In this document: in pieces, positions 1 to 9,565 of the stretch
Numbering within the stretch: position 1 is the first letter of the stretch
How the letters are laid out: each line of letters begins with the position of its first letter
The notes under the pieces: generated by a model
What the model saw: only the letters and a program-made list of their open reading frames with translations
The model's database searches: none
Told to the model about the DNA's origin: nothing
Program-made: the position numbers and the translations under genes
Source: Escherichia phage vB_EcoM_Kelasse
Length of the DNA: 64,000 nucleotides
Sequence record: MW749001.1
Strand: one strand, 5' to 3'

Positions 1-1
1 T

Positions 2-271
2 TTATTTAAAACGAATAGTTGAATCCTTAAAGAACAGCCCAGAACATACTGTTCCTTCTACTTTCTGCCCGGTAGGTCCAATAGCACGAAATCCAGTATG
101 TTGGAAATCATTTTCAGAGCAACCGAACCAGTTATATCCAGTGATTTCAATATTCGTAAAACCACTTGATGATAAAATTTTAGTTGCATTATCAGCATCA
201 GTACATCCTACTAAAGATACTGCTAATACTAATGCTGCGATAGAACGATTAATATATTTCATAATTTTCAC
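2..271 (-). CDS. putative lipoprotein (89 aa)
   Basis: N-terminal signal peptide with lipobox LVGC; complete ORF. Confidence 0.55.
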   Translation of the reverse strand: MKIMKYINRSIAALVLAVSLVGCTDADNATKILSSSGFTNIEITGYNWFGCSENDFQHTGFRAIGPTGQKVEGTVCSGLFFKDSTIRFK

Positions 272-645
272 TTAAATTTAATAGCTTGAAGAAGACTAAT
301 AATTCTCAAGCGACTTCTTTCATCTTTAACTGTAAAGGAAAGAGGGTCGCCAGATTTCATGGTAATAGTGCATTCAAAATCAAAATCTTCTGTGACTTCT
401 TCGAAGAAGTCAAATTCTTCAGCATAAATTAGAACATTACTCTGCATACTGTGAAGAATTTTTCCGTTATTTCCAGACGCTGTACTAATCATCGTAACAT
501 TATGACCTTTCATATCTTCAACGATAAATTCGCTTGTAGATATTACAGCATTAATAGAACCATTCCTATAAATAGCAGACATTAGATATTTCTTTTCTTC
601 GCCTTCGCGAATACGATATTTCTTACCGATTTTAAACATAATCAC
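268..645 (-). CDS. hypothetical protein (about 123 aa)
   Basis: ORF track; track start is GTG, likely true start is ATG near 639 preceded by GGGTG. Confidence 0.5.
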   Translation of the reverse strand: MIMFKIGKKYRIREGEEKKYLMSAIYRNGSINAVISTSEFIVEDMKGHNVTMISTASGNNGKILHSMQSNVLIYAEEFDFFEEVTEDFDFECTITMKSGDPLSFTVKDERSRLRIISLLQAIKFK

Positions 646-818
646 CCTTTAAGTAAATCGTAAAAACCACCATTCACATGCTTAGGAGCAGAAGGCCGAC
701 GAGTAGACAAACGATGACATTTAGGGCAAACATCATTTTCTCGTTCAGAAATCTTTTTAATTTTTTCATATTCATGCCCGCAATCTTTAGATTGGCATTT
801 ATAATCATACATCGGCAT
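642..818 (-). CDS. small zinc-ribbon protein, FmdB-like (58 aa)
   Basis: Hand-translated, below ORF-track cutoff: MPMYDYKCQSKDCGHEYEKI...CPKCH; AAGGA Shine-Dalgarno 7 nt upstream; stop overlaps next start. Confidence 0.55.
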   Translation of the reverse strand: MPMYDYKCQSKDCGHEYEKIKKISERENDVCPKCHRLSTRRPSAPKHVNGGFYDLLKG

Positions 819-820
819 AA

Positions 821-1246
821 TTATTCCTTAAAATGTGCTTTCAACATCTGATACAAGGACCATGCCTGTTCATTATTTTCAATAGTAACTTTCATGACTG
901 GGAATTCTGTGAAATCTTCTATTTGTTCTTGCTCTTGCTCTTCCTGCTCTTGCTCTTCAGCTGCCTGATATGGATTTTCCACTTCATCAAAGAACTCGGC
1001 TTCGTTAGTAGAGAGCCAGATAAAGTTTTCGTCAAGGATATCACCATGTGTTGCATATCCAATTGTGCCAGTAAATGACATAATTTTAGTAGGACGACCA
1101 AGATGGTCAACATCTAAAATTTTAAAAGGATGCATACCTAAACGTCGTGCATAAATTCCGTTATCAGTATGGTCTTTAATAAAAGCTTCTTGAGCTTGTT
1201 TATTTTTAAATTGATACCATTTATTAACTTCAAATTTAATAGCCAT
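821..1246 (-). CDS. hypothetical protein with acidic EQ-repeat (141 aa)
   Basis: ORF track; low-complexity [12 protein letters not shown] segment. Confidence 0.5.
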   Translation of the reverse strand: MAIKFEVNKWYQFKNKQAQEAFIKDHTDNGIYARRLGMHPFKILDVDHLGRPTKIMSFTGTIGYATHGDILDENFIWLSTNEAEFFDEVENPYQAAEEQEQEEQEQEQIEDFTEFPVMKVTIENNEQAWSLYQMLKAHFKE

Positions 1247-1461
1247 TAATAAATTTCCTTCCAGTAAGTTGTGCCATCTTCAGTAATTTCACGAAATACA
1301 CCGTAAATTGGTTGTTTATCACCAACCTTTTCATACACATAAACCGAAGTCAAGTGAGTAAACTTGATGGTGTGTTCCTTTTGAACCACTACCAAATCTG
1401 GATCGAATAATACATCTTCAAATTCGTCATTAGTGCAATTCTGAACAATTTTACGTTTCAT
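1246..1461 (-). CDS. hypothetical protein (71 aa)
   Basis: ORF track; tightly packed with neighbours. Confidence 0.45.
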   Translation of the reverse strand: MKRKIVQNCTNDEFEDVLFDPDLVVVQKEHTIKFTHLTSVYVYEKVGDKQPIYGVFREITEDGTTYWKEIY

Positions 1462-1474
1462 TACAATTTCCTCA

Positions 1475-1756
1475 TTAATTAAACAGTGGAGCGATACGTT
1501 TCAGAAGAGTAGCAGCACCTTTGGCGAATTTTACATCATGAAAAACAGTTTCTTCTTCCGTTACAACACGAGCTTTAATGTTTTCACAATCCCAATTTTT
1601 GCGAACAATCTTCAAAAGCTGCAGTAAATCTTTACATTCAGCAATATCGATAACACATCCACGAGAATCTTCCATTATAGCACGATAACCGTAAGCCATA
1701 CCATAATCGTTGAAAGATTGCTCGATGATAATTAAGTTTTCCATTTTATTCTCCAA
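1475..1756 (-). CDS. hypothetical protein (true start probably ATG near 1744)
   Basis: Track start is TTG; GGAG then ATG 4 codons downstream; leader shared with genes at 20204 and 62517. Confidence 0.5.
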   Translation of the reverse strand: MENKMENLIIIEQSFNDYGMAYGYRAIMEDSRGCVIDIAECKDLLQLLKIVRKNWDCENIKARVVTEEETVFHDVKFAKGAATLLKRIAPLFN

Positions 1757-1797
1757 GTTGTTTTCTGTATCAGTAGTTGATATTGATATAGTACCAT
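1741..1797 (-). repeat. promoter/leader repeat module, copy A
   Basis: About 55 nt near-identical to 62778..62834; contains 11-bp inverted repeat CAGTAGTTGAT / ATCAACTACTG. Confidence 0.7.
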
Positions 1798-1851
1798 AAT
1801 CAACTACTGATGTATATAGTTTTATGAAAAAATTTTAAACTTTATGCAAAT

Positions 1852-2304
1852 TTATGCTAAAGCTGCTTCGCACCATTTTTTAATTTGGAATTCAGGAACT
1901 ACCATGAACTGGCCTGCAAAAACAATATTGTAGAGCTTGACACCATCTTCTACCCAACGGTCCGAAATAAAACCAGCGACTTGATTCGTTGTCCATGGAG
2001 TTCCATCTGTTGCCGCCGCAATTGTGAATTTATGGTCTTTTACAACTAAAACTGAAGAACAAAGTTTCCATTTAAATGCGCTTTCTTCTGGCTCAATGAA
2101 CTGACTTGAGACATAACCAATGTTACCATCAGCGTCACGAACTTTAACCTCGTTACGACCAAAAACTGGATCACTTACAGAAAGAACTTCAACCAGCTTT
2201 CCTGCAACTTTAGAACGAGATGCAGACGATACACGCTTAATTTCACCGATAGTAATCATAATTTTTCTCTCTTTGTTGTTAAGATTTATACTCCGCAGGA
2301 CCAT
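1852..2304 (-). CDS. hypothetical protein, tandem paralog A (true start probably near 2259)
   Basis: C-terminus RWVEDGVKLYNIVFAGQFMVVP resembles neighbour; early promoter -10 lies inside track N-terminus. Confidence 0.55.
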   Translation of the reverse strand: MVLRSINLNNKERKIMITIGEIKRVSSASRSKVAGKLVEVLSVSDPVFGRNEVKVRDADGNIGYVSSQFIEPEESAFKWKLCSSVLVVKDHKFTIAAATDGTPWTTNQVAGFISDRWVEDGVKLYNIVFAGQFMVVPEFQIKKWCEAALA

Positions 2305-2332
2305 TATACTCTGGTCCCAAGAGTTTGTAAAC
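2303..2332 (-). promoter_or_regulatory. T4 early-type promoter
   Basis: Minus strand GTTTAC, 18-nt spacer, TATAAT. Confidence 0.5.
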
Positions 2333-2769
2333 TAGCTTACACGAACATTAATCACTGCGCTGCGAGGAACTACAGAGTACTCTCCAGCATGAACTACGTT
2401 CAGAAGTTCAACACCATCTTCAATCCACTGATCAGTCACCCATCCACCCACAGGATTCGCGAATGGACGACGAATATAAACTGCCTTACACAGCAGATCA
2501 GTTGGATCTTCAGGTTTTTCAATTTCTGTCAATAGACTAAAATCTTTTTCATAAATAATAAGCGGTGATACCATTCCATAATAGTTTCTAATTTCAATAT
2601 ACATCATACCGATAAGAATTCCGCTATTAACACTAATAACAGTAAAAGGATATCCGCCAGTTAAACCAAGAAGTTCACAAAACTTATTATAAGCTGCATT
2701 AGACAGTACCGAAAAATTCTTAATTTCATCAAATTTTTTCAATTGATAAACAGCATTATTTTTAATCAT
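2332..2769 (-). CDS. hypothetical protein, tandem paralog B (145 aa)
   Basis: C-terminus QWIEDGVELLNVVHAGEYSVVP similar to 1852..2304 product. Confidence 0.55.
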   Translation of the reverse strand: MIKNNAVYQLKKFDEIKNFSVLSNAAYNKFCELLGLTGGYPFTVISVNSGILIGMMYIEIRNYYGMVSPLIIYEKDFSLLTEIEKPEDPTDLLCKAVYIRRPFANPVGGWVTDQWIEDGVELLNVVHAGEYSVVPRSAVINVRVS

Positions 2770-2779
2770 AATTTTCTCT

Positions 2780-3322
2780 TTAATCTAAGGTAATAAAGCC
2801 TTTTAATTCGGCATGGGATTTACGGAACATTACTTGGTGCCCGCCAATGATAACTTGATCATCTGGAACTTCGTATACAGCGAGATAAAATCCTTTAGAA
2901 GCTAATTCTTCACGCTCTTCTCGTGTGAACCATCTCATCATATCATATTCGCTAGCGAAAGCAAAATGATAAAGAGCTATAAACCATCCTGGAATATAGT
3001 GATCTACGCCTACATATTCTTCTTTCTCAAAATTAGTATTAATTGCTATATTAGCATTTTTAACTAATAATTTGTCTTCATGCGGCACAGGAATTCTTTT
3101 ATTATCATTACTATGATGCATAAAATTGGGTCTGTCATAACCTACGCGTAATAACCACTCTTCACTCCATGAATCTATTATACTCCTGTACGGAGTTATT
3201 TGAACACAAAGATCTCGACGTATTGTTATAGCATCTTCATAATTAAGAATACTAAACGATGATTCAACACGATAAATTTTCATTTTATTATCCTCAGTAG
3301 CTATGGTGTTATAGTACCACAA
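2780..3322 (-). CDS. hypothetical protein (180 aa)
   Basis: ORF track. Confidence 0.5.
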   Translation of the reverse strand: MWYYNTIATEDNKMKIYRVESSFSILNYEDAITIRRDLCVQITPYRSIIDSWSEEWLLRVGYDRPNFMHHSNDNKRIPVPHEDKLLVKNANIAINTNFEKEEYVGVDHYIPGWFIALYHFAFASEYDMMRWFTREEREELASKGFYLAVYEVPDDQVIIGGHQVMFRKSHAELKGFITLD

Positions 3323-3346
3323 CTAACCGAGGAAGTAAACAACTTT

Positions 3347-4030
3347 TTATCGTTTTGTTGGAAGAGATAGAGGATCGCACTCTTCCTCTGACGGAGCATC
3401 TTCAAGACCCATAGCATAGCGTAAAGCGTACTTCATCATCAGGATGTCTTTCGCACAGTCATGAATAGAATCATGTGCAACGAATCCATCTAAAGTTCCC
3501 TTTGGAAGAGGACATGTGGTCATATCACGAACAAGCAGAAGTGCTTCAATTCTGGTACGAATATCACGCTGATTCCAGAATTTACATGGTTCTAACTTAA
3601 ATGTGTCAAGCTCATTCTCAGAAACGCCGTTAAGACGTTGAATATCGCGAATGAGATCGACTAAAATTGGAAAATCAAACGACATTCCACGGCACCAACC
3701 TTGAGATTTCCAAGGATCGATATTATGTGCATTGATGTAATCATTAAATTTTGCAATACCGTCAATAGTGCTTACATCTTCATCTGATGGTGCAATATTT
3801 TTTCTAGCTTCAGGAGATTGATTCTTCCACCATTCAATAGTGCTTTTAGTAAAAAGACGATGTCCTTTTTGGCTTTTTAAATCAAATTTGATTTTAATGC
3901 CACGTGAAACTAATTCATCAAATGTTTCAACCACTTCTGGATTAGGGTCAAAAGCAATTACAGCCAAATCAATAACAGCTGCTTTTTCACCGCTTCCCAT
4001 TGTTTCAAAATCTATAATAAAATCAAACAT
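3347..4030 (-). CDS. dexA: exonuclease A (DnaQ-like 3'-5' exonuclease)
   Basis: 227 aa; N-terminal DFETMG exo motif; size and position match T4 DexA. Confidence 0.85.
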   Translation of the reverse strand: MFDFIIDFETMGSGEKAAVIDLAVIAFDPNPEVVETFDELVSRGIKIKFDLKSQKGHRLFTKSTIEWWKNQSPEARKNIAPSDEDVSTIDGIAKFNDYINAHNIDPWKSQGWCRGMSFDFPILVDLIRDIQRLNGVSENELDTFKLEPCKFWNQRDIRTRIEALLLVRDMTTCPLPKGTLDGFVAHDSIHDCAKDILMMKYALRYAMGLEDAPSEEECDPLSLPTKR

Positions 4031-4287
4031 TAAACTTTCCTCGCTAAATCGCGAATTTGGCCTACAGTATAGTCTTGAATATAAACTTTATTAATAGGCT
4101 CATCAATAAATTTTGCCATAGATTCAATATCTTTTTGTATCTCTTTAAGACTGTATACTATCTTTGAAGCTTTTTCGCGAATAGTAATATTTTCAGGACC
4201 TGGATTTTCTTCAATGACAGCTTTAACATTTGTCATAAGAGATTTAAACTGGTACCAACTCAACTCAATCATTAATAATCGCCTCAT
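4030..4287 (-). CDS. hypothetical protein (85 aa)
   Basis: ORF track; one of three similar-sized small ORFs between dexA and dda. Confidence 0.5.
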   Translation of the reverse strand: MRRLLMIELSWYQFKSLMTNVKAVIEENPGPENITIREKASKIVYSLKEIQKDIESMAKFIDEPINKVYIQDYTVGQIRDLARKV

Positions 4288-4525
4288 AAAGATAGCTAAT
4301 TTCGCCTAAAACGTAATCATTGATTGTAACAGTTTTCACTTCACCGCAAAAGAATTCTAACGCAATTAAATCTCGTTCAATTTCTTCTAATTGAAGCATC
4401 AACTTATTAGATTCAATTTTTACAGTTTCACGATTTTTACCATGAGCAATTTCATAAATTTCGCTCACTTTATCTTGAAGCAGATAAAACTGGTCTTTAG
4501 TTATTTCCACGAATAGCTTCCTCAA
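4265..4525 (-). CDS. hypothetical protein (86 aa)
   Basis: ORF track. Confidence 0.5.
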   Translation of the reverse strand: MRKLFVEITKDQFYLLQDKVSEIYEIAHGKNRETVKIESNKLMLQLEEIERDLIALEFFCGEVKTVTINDYVLGEISYLYEAIIND

Positions 4526-4757
4526 ATTTAATTAGTAATTTACAGATACTTTCATCTAGTGTAATTACCGTATCTGTATTACTGTGATATGATTGTTTTT
4601 CAATTCGTTTAATTGCTAATATAGTATCACTTATAAGATAAAGCTTATGAAGGAGCTCAGCTCCTGTTACCATAACATCGAGATTATCTTGCTTATTAGT
4701 ATGCTTCCTTATACCATCTATTAGACGATTTAAATATTTTGAATTGATGTTAATCAT
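4497..4757 (-). CDS. hypothetical protein (86 aa)
   Basis: ORF track. Confidence 0.5.
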   Translation of the reverse strand: MININSKYLNRLIDGIRKHTNKQDNLDVMVTGAELLHKLYLISDTILAIKRIEKQSYHSNTDTVITLDESICKLLIKFEEAIRGNN

Positions 4758-4763
4758 ATAGCC

Positions 4764-6083
4764 TCACACATAAAACACATCATAACGACCACGTGTTACA
4801 CCAACATAAAGAAGTTGTTGAGCTAATTCAGCATCTGCATAATGAATACAAGGCGTATAAATGAAAGCACGGTCTACAGACATACCCTGAGCTTTATGGA
4901 ATGTTGATGCAGGAAGTGCTTTCACTTTACTAAACTGTGATTTAGCATCCCAAAAATCACTCCACGGAGCTTTTCCGCCTTTGTTCCAATTTTTATAAGT
5001 TTCTGCCGTTTTACCTAAAAACAGGTTAAACTTATATAGCTCTTCATCAGATGAAATTATTTTAATCTTTTCACGATAATATTCATCATCGCCATAAGTT
5101 TCTACTGTTAAATCCCAATGACGAATTAAGTATTCTCCAGGAACACCACGAGCTTTAACAAACGTTGATGTATACTCTGCTTCTATAATACGAACTAATT
5201 GTCCGTTATTAAAAATAATTTCTGACACAGGCTTTCCATCAATTTTATATGTTTTAATTAATGGTTCCTGCATTACAATAATTTCACCAACAATAAAATC
5301 TTTATCAGTTTCAAAAATCTTTTTACGAATAATGCTATTTAACTTGTCAACAGATTTATTCGTAAATGCCATTACGCGATTTTCAAACAAATCATCTAAT
5401 GATTTTACGATTGAAAAATAATTTACCATAAAATCGCGTAAAGCGGTATCACCAGTAAATCCACGTACTCCATGCCCGTCAACAACTTTATCATAAATCC
5501 ACTTACCGTTGCGAACATCAGTAGCTACATCAATAATAGGAGCATTACTGCGTTTAACTTCAGTAAGTTCACACTGATAAAAATCTTTGTGTGTAAAGAA
5601 TGGACTGATATAAGCAGTATTTTCTCCTGGATCAACAGGTCTAATTTGCTTATTATCACCTATTCCAATTATAGTACACCAAGGTGGAATAGTTGAAAGC
5701 AGAATTTTAAATAGCTTTCTATCATACATTGACACTTCGTCGCAGATTAATACCCTGCATTTAGCTAAATCTGGTACTTCCTTCTGTTCAAAAAGAACGT
5801 TTTCTTCATACGTAACTGGGTTAATTTTAAGAATACTGTGAATAGTACTCGCTTCTTTCCCCGACAGTTTTGAAAGAATCTTTTTAGCTGCATGTGTAGG
5901 AGCTGCCAAAATGATACCAGTTTCGCCTGTTGATATTAAAGCTTCAATGATGAACTTAGTAAGAGTAGTCTTACCAGTACCAGCAGGTCCATTAATAGTT
6001 ACATGATGTTTCTTTTCTTTAATAGCCCTCATAACGATGTTAAAGGCATTTTTCTGGCCTTCTGTCAAATCATCAAATGTCAT
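4764..6083 (-). CDS. dda: Dda DNA helicase (SF1B)
   Basis: 439 aa; Walker A GPAGTGKT; sequence recognised as T4 Dda. Confidence 0.95.
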   Translation of the reverse strand: MTFDDLTEGQKNAFNIVMRAIKEKKHHVTINGPAGTGKTTLTKFIIEALISTGETGIILAAPTHAAKKILSKLSGKEASTIHSILKINPVTYEENVLFEQKEVPDLAKCRVLICDEVSMYDRKLFKILLSTIPPWCTIIGIGDNKQIRPVDPGENTAYISPFFTHKDFYQCELTEVKRSNAPIIDVATDVRNGKWIYDKVVDGHGVRGFTGDTALRDFMVNYFSIVKSLDDLFENRVMAFTNKSVDKLNSIIRKKIFETDKDFIVGEIIVMQEPLIKTYKIDGKPVSEIIFNNGQLVRIIEAEYTSTFVKARGVPGEYLIRHWDLTVETYGDDEYYREKIKIISSDEELYKFNLFLGKTAETYKNWNKGGKAPWSDFWDAKSQFSKVKALPASTFHKAQGMSVDRAFIYTPCIHYADAELAQQLLYVGVTRGRYDVFYV

Positions 6084-6391
6084 CGGAAAGTCCCTGCAAT
6101 TGGAATACTAACAATACGCCCAGTATCTAGAATTCGTTGATATAATCTTTGTGTATCTACATCAGGCTTAACATGTTTAACTTCTATTTTATTAAACCAA
6201 AACTTGCGTGGAGTCTCAACTAGTCTTGGAATTCCCATATCTAAAGCTAGTTTATATTGGTCTTTGAGAGTAGTAAAAACTCTATCAGCAATCTCTCTTT
6301 CAAAAAACACAGCAGGACGATGTTCATCAAGCGGAACTGGCGCCGTAAATCCGTCTTTGTCTCGGTAAACTATCGCATATACATAAACCAT
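6080..6391 (-). CDS. hypothetical protein (dda.1 position)
   Basis: 103 aa ORF between dda and srd. Confidence 0.55.
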   Translation of the reverse strand: MVYVYAIVYRDKDGFTAPVPLDEHRPAVFFEREIADRVFTTLKDQYKLALDMGIPRLVETPRKFWFNKIEVKHVKPDVDTQRLYQRILDTGRIVSIPIAGTFR

Positions 6392-6392
6392 A

Positions 6393-7139
6393 TTATCCTC
6401 GGATAAGTTTAAAAATTGAACAATTTAGCGGGTATCCTCTTTTCAGTTTAAGTTTATCAATAAAAGACAAGTTTTGATACCGCTCTACACCTTGAATAAT
6501 TTTATCACACATATCATATTGCATTTCTGCTTCTGACAACTTTTTCACAGTTTTCCAATCCGAGCCTTTAAGAAGAACGTTCAATTTAACAACTTCAGCG
6601 CCTTCTGCTATGCGAGAACCATCAATACGAGCTTTAAGTGCTATAATCGTTAGCTTAACGTCAGAAGTTTGTTTTGATTTAGAAAGCTGAGAAATGTGTT
6701 CAATTCGATTTTCACGTTTTTTCTGTATAGCTTTAATTTGATTATAAGTCTTTTTGATTTTAGCCCATTTCTTTTCATCTAAATTTAGTTTATGAACTTT
6801 TTTCGCAGATGAACGACCAATTCGCAAAGCAAATAAATCACGCTTTTCAATCAACTCTTCTAAAGTATAATCAGAACGAAATGTATTATACTTTTTCTTT
6901 ACTGCAATAACATTCCCTTTAATGTATCCAATGTTATTATCAAAACGTTCTAATGATAATTTCTCTCCTTCAATACGATTATCAAAAGGTTCTCCCGAGT
7001 AAGCACAAACTTTCTGATCTAAAATGTTCTTAATGTAATTGAAGTCTAAGTTAAAATCTTTAGAACGTCTTTTTGCAGATGCCTGAGTATGCTCTAGACG
7101 ACGTTTAATTTTACGAATTTGATTATTAGTCAGTTTCAT
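6393..7139 (-). CDS. srd: Srd-position protein (248 aa)
   Basis: Size and position between dda.1 and modA; contains degenerate HNH-like segment CAYSGE...LERFDNNIGYIKGNVIAV. Confidence 0.5.
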   Translation of the reverse strand: MKLTNNQIRKIKRRLEHTQASAKRRSKDFNLDFNYIKNILDQKVCAYSGEPFDNRIEGEKLSLERFDNNIGYIKGNVIAVKKKYNTFRSDYTLEELIEKRDLFALRIGRSSAKKVHKLNLDEKKWAKIKKTYNQIKAIQKKRENRIEHISQLSKSKQTSDVKLTIIALKARIDGSRIAEGAEVVKLNVLLKGSDWKTVKKLSEAEMQYDMCDKIIQGVERYQNLSFIDKLKLKRGYPLNCSIFKLIRG

Positions 7140-7169
7140 ATTTTTCTCACGGACTGGTTAACTACTTAT

Positions 7170-7199
7170 ACTATAACATTTTTACTTTAACTTGTAAAC
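7170..7199 (-). promoter_or_regulatory. T4 early-type promoter upstream of srd
   Basis: Minus strand GTTTAC, 18 nt, TATAGT. Confidence 0.45.
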
Positions 7200-7256
7200 A
7201 ACTTTATGTAAAAATGCTTTAAAAATTTCATGGTATAATGAATCTAAGTCCTTCCA

Positions 7257-7859
7257 TTATAGATTAAATCCTTCAAAATCAAGAGTATAGATAGTGTATG
7301 TTGAATACTTTTTGTACTCATATCTATCTGCAATTCTAAATACACTTCCAGCTGGTATCATTACTTCTTGTTCATCTGAAACTAATTCCATATTACGATA
7401 ACGATGGCTATCCGGAAACTTAAAGTTTGGATTGTATTCTTTACAGCGTAGAGCTTTTATAGCATACTCCTGGAAATTGAATACCATAGGAGCTTTGAAT
7501 TCAAAAATAACTTGTGTGTTATACTCTAAACCAGAAGCAAAATGTAGAGCTATATTTTTATCATATGAAGCTGATACGACTTTATCAAATGTAATAATAT
7601 CAATTCCTTGATTTAACACCTGCTTAGTCTCAGCTGGAACACCTCTCCAAAGAGGTTTATCGTTTGGAACCAAACGAGATTTGATTATTTCATTTAACCA
7701 AGTATGGTCATCTGGTTTGTTGGTAATACAATGAATTAAAAGTTCAATTTCAGATAAATTAAACCCTTCAGAAAGTAATTCTTCACGAATAGAAGCACGC
7801 ACCGATGCATCCATTGATTTTATTTTAAAATCTTTTAGTTGCATTACTGAGTATTTCAT
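7257..7859 (-). CDS. modA: ADP-ribosyltransferase ModA
   Basis: 200 aa; size and position as T4 modA, adjacent paralog modB. Confidence 0.7.
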   Translation of the reverse strand: MKYSVMQLKDFKIKSMDASVRASIREELLSEGFNLSEIELLIHCITNKPDDHTWLNEIIKSRLVPNDKPLWRGVPAETKQVLNQGIDIITFDKVVSASYDKNIALHFASGLEYNTQVIFEFKAPMVFNFQEYAIKALRCKEYNPNFKFPDSHRYRNMELVSDEQEVMIPAGSVFRIADRYEYKKYSTYTIYTLDFEGFNL

Positions 7860-8479
7860 TCAATTACCTCAATATCATAAACTTTAAATGTTCCAAATGA
7901 ATCGTGTAATTTTTCTTTTGAAATAGAAGTTATTTTATACTTTCCAATTGGAATCATCCATTCTTGTTCATGTACAATCATCATTAAGTTATCAGTTCTT
8001 TCTGAATCTAACCCATCAGTATCTTCATACGTGTACTTAAACTCAGTGTTAGGAGAAGAAAGTATAATATCGCTGATATGGTCAGAATAATTAAAAGCTT
8101 TATCAGTTTTTAAACGAAGTATTGTTTCAGTGAAATATTCAGCATAAGAAAAAGAACACGCTGTATGCAAACTAGTAGTAAATGAATCTACCCTGTTCGT
8201 TGAAAACACTTCTCCAACTTGTAAATCTTTAATAAGTTCTTTTGTCGATTTTGATATACCACGATATAATTGATAAGGCGATTTAGTTAAATGCTTTTTA
8301 ATGATTTTATTCAACTGCCTATGAATAGCTTCATTCTTTTTGGCTTCCATACATTGCCAAAGAACAGACTGCTCAAAGTCAGTAAATTTTTCACAGACTT
8401 TTTTATACATATCATATTGAAAATCAACGCTTTCAGCTTTTATAGATAACTGTTCAACATCTGCAGGATTAATAATCAT
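7856..8479 (-). CDS. modB: ADP-ribosyltransferase ModB
   Basis: 207 aa; size and position as T4 modB. Confidence 0.7.
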   Translation of the reverse strand: MIINPADVEQLSIKAESVDFQYDMYKKVCEKFTDFEQSVLWQCMEAKKNEAIHRQLNKIIKKHLTKSPYQLYRGISKSTKELIKDLQVGEVFSTNRVDSFTTSLHTACSFSYAEYFTETILRLKTDKAFNYSDHISDIILSSPNTEFKYTYEDTDGLDSERTDNLMMIVHEQEWMIPIGKYKITSISKEKLHDSFGTFKVYDIEVIE

Positions 8480-8546
8480 GATAGCCTCCGTATACTTCAG
8501 AAGCTATCATATCATCGTTAGAAAGGAAAGTAAACAACTTTTTGAA

Positions 8547-8729
8547 TTATTTTGCCCAGGGAGCCCAAGGCGGAGGGTCAAGATGGTATGAAGCTAGTTC
8601 TTCTAGAAGAGCATCTGGGGCTTCAATTCCATAATTCTGTAATACTATACGGTACTCTTTCTTATAATCACTAGAATCATTCTGGATATTCGTAGAATGA
8701 TTATCTTCTAACATCTCAAATAAATCCAT
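8547..8729 (-). CDS. hypothetical protein (60 aa)
   Basis: ORF track; acidic. Confidence 0.45.
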   Translation of the reverse strand: MDLFEMLEDNHSTNIQNDSSDYKKEYRIVLQNYGIEAPDALLEELASYHLDPPPWAPWAK

Positions 8730-8737
8730 ATTAATTC

Positions 8738-9208
8738 CTAGCGATAAAAACCAAATTTACGATTAGTTTCAATGATCTTTCTTTCTTCTTCGGACATTCT
8801 CCATCGTAGTCCAACATCAAAATGAGCCCAGACCATCTTAACAAATGCATTTATATCTTTAATATCTTCAATAATGAATGTTTTACTTTTAGAAGGTTGA
8901 CTCGCTAATTTAACTTTATCGTCTTCAAACATGTCAAAAAGACCATATTCATGAGCTCTTTTATAGCCTTTAATAGTTAAAGCTTCAGAAGAAGAAAATG
9001 GTGAATCTGTATTCTGCAAAATATCTTCAGTATGCTTTATAATTAGAATAACATTTTCTGGATATTTTCTTTCTTTTATATCTTTAATTAAAATATCCGG
9101 ATTTTCTGCTAAAGGAATAATTAACGAGCATTTTTTATCAAGTGTATTTACTGATTTACCTTCTTTAGACATAAATTCTATTGAATATAATTTTGCTACT
9201 TCAATCAT
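8738..9208 (-). CDS. hypothetical protein (156 aa)
   Basis: ORF track. Confidence 0.5.
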   Translation of the reverse strand: MIEVAKLYSIEFMSKEGKSVNTLDKKCSLIIPLAENPDILIKDIKERKYPENVILIIKHTEDILQNTDSPFSSSEALTIKGYKRAHEYGLFDMFEDDKVKLASQPSKSKTFIIEDIKDINAFVKMVWAHFDVGLRWRMSEEERKIIETNRKFGFYR

Positions 9209-9365
9209 GTGATTTCCTTTTGCCTACTAATGGACCGTCAGGAATTTTGTTTTCCTGAATGTATTTCTCATTTTCTTCCATCATTTTACTACCGATTTTA
9301 AGAAGCAAATCCATTGCTTCATTTGCTTTTGCTTTGGCCTCTTCTAACGTCATATCTTTGCTCAT
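9201..9365 (-). CDS. small hypothetical protein (54 aa)
   Basis: Hand-translated [21 protein letters not shown]...; ATG overlaps upstream stop (ATGA). Confidence 0.45.
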   Translation of the reverse strand: MSKDMTLEEAKAKANEAMDLLLKIGSKMMEENEKYIQENKIPDGPLVGKRKSHD

Positions 9366-9565
9366 GATTTATCACCGTAAATATCTCTCATTAATTTAAG
9401 AGCTGAGCGCTCTAATTTCTTTTCTTTCTCAGCACTAATCATTGATTTCATCCATTCTTCCGATTCGTTCTGCATTTCTTTATTTGCCTGTTCAACCCAA
9501 CCATCATCAATATACATTGAGTTTGGTCTATTGAACCATTCAAGCATTTTCTTCAGAACTTTCAT
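9362..9565 (-). CDS. hypothetical protein (67 aa)
   Basis: ORF track. Confidence 0.45.
   Translation of the reverse strand: MKVLKKMLEWFNRPNSMYIDDGWVEQANKEMQNESEEWMKSMISAEKEKKLERSALKLMRDIYGDKS

Noticed and set aside
833-1078. Plus-strand ORFs throughout the window (for example 833..1078, 2120..2335, 5472..5696, 11341..11709, 12646..12933, 13904..14197, 15005..15235, 25351..25767, 27763..28146, 36063..36287, 49461..49781, 61422..61745)
   Set aside because: Each lies antisense within a well-supported minus-strand gene, lacks a Shine-Dalgarno sequence and has low-complexity hydrophobic translations typical of AT-rich shadow frames. Only 11917..12117 was kept.
919-1113. Minus-strand ORFs nested out of frame inside larger genes (919..1113, 10006..10218, 18117..18320, 20638..20823, 21844..22035, 27917..28180, 30009..30230, 35487..35711, 47728..47922, 53007..53192, 56872..57087, 57553..57735, 62137..62334)
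   Set aside because: They are fully or largely contained in longer, recognisable coding frames and have no independent start signals.
6393-7139. HNH homing endonuclease call for the srd-position protein based on CAYSGE...LERFDNNIGYIKGNVIAV
   Set aside because: The segment resembles the HNH scaffold but lacks the catalytic histidines, so an active nuclease cannot be claimed; kept as Srd by position with a note.
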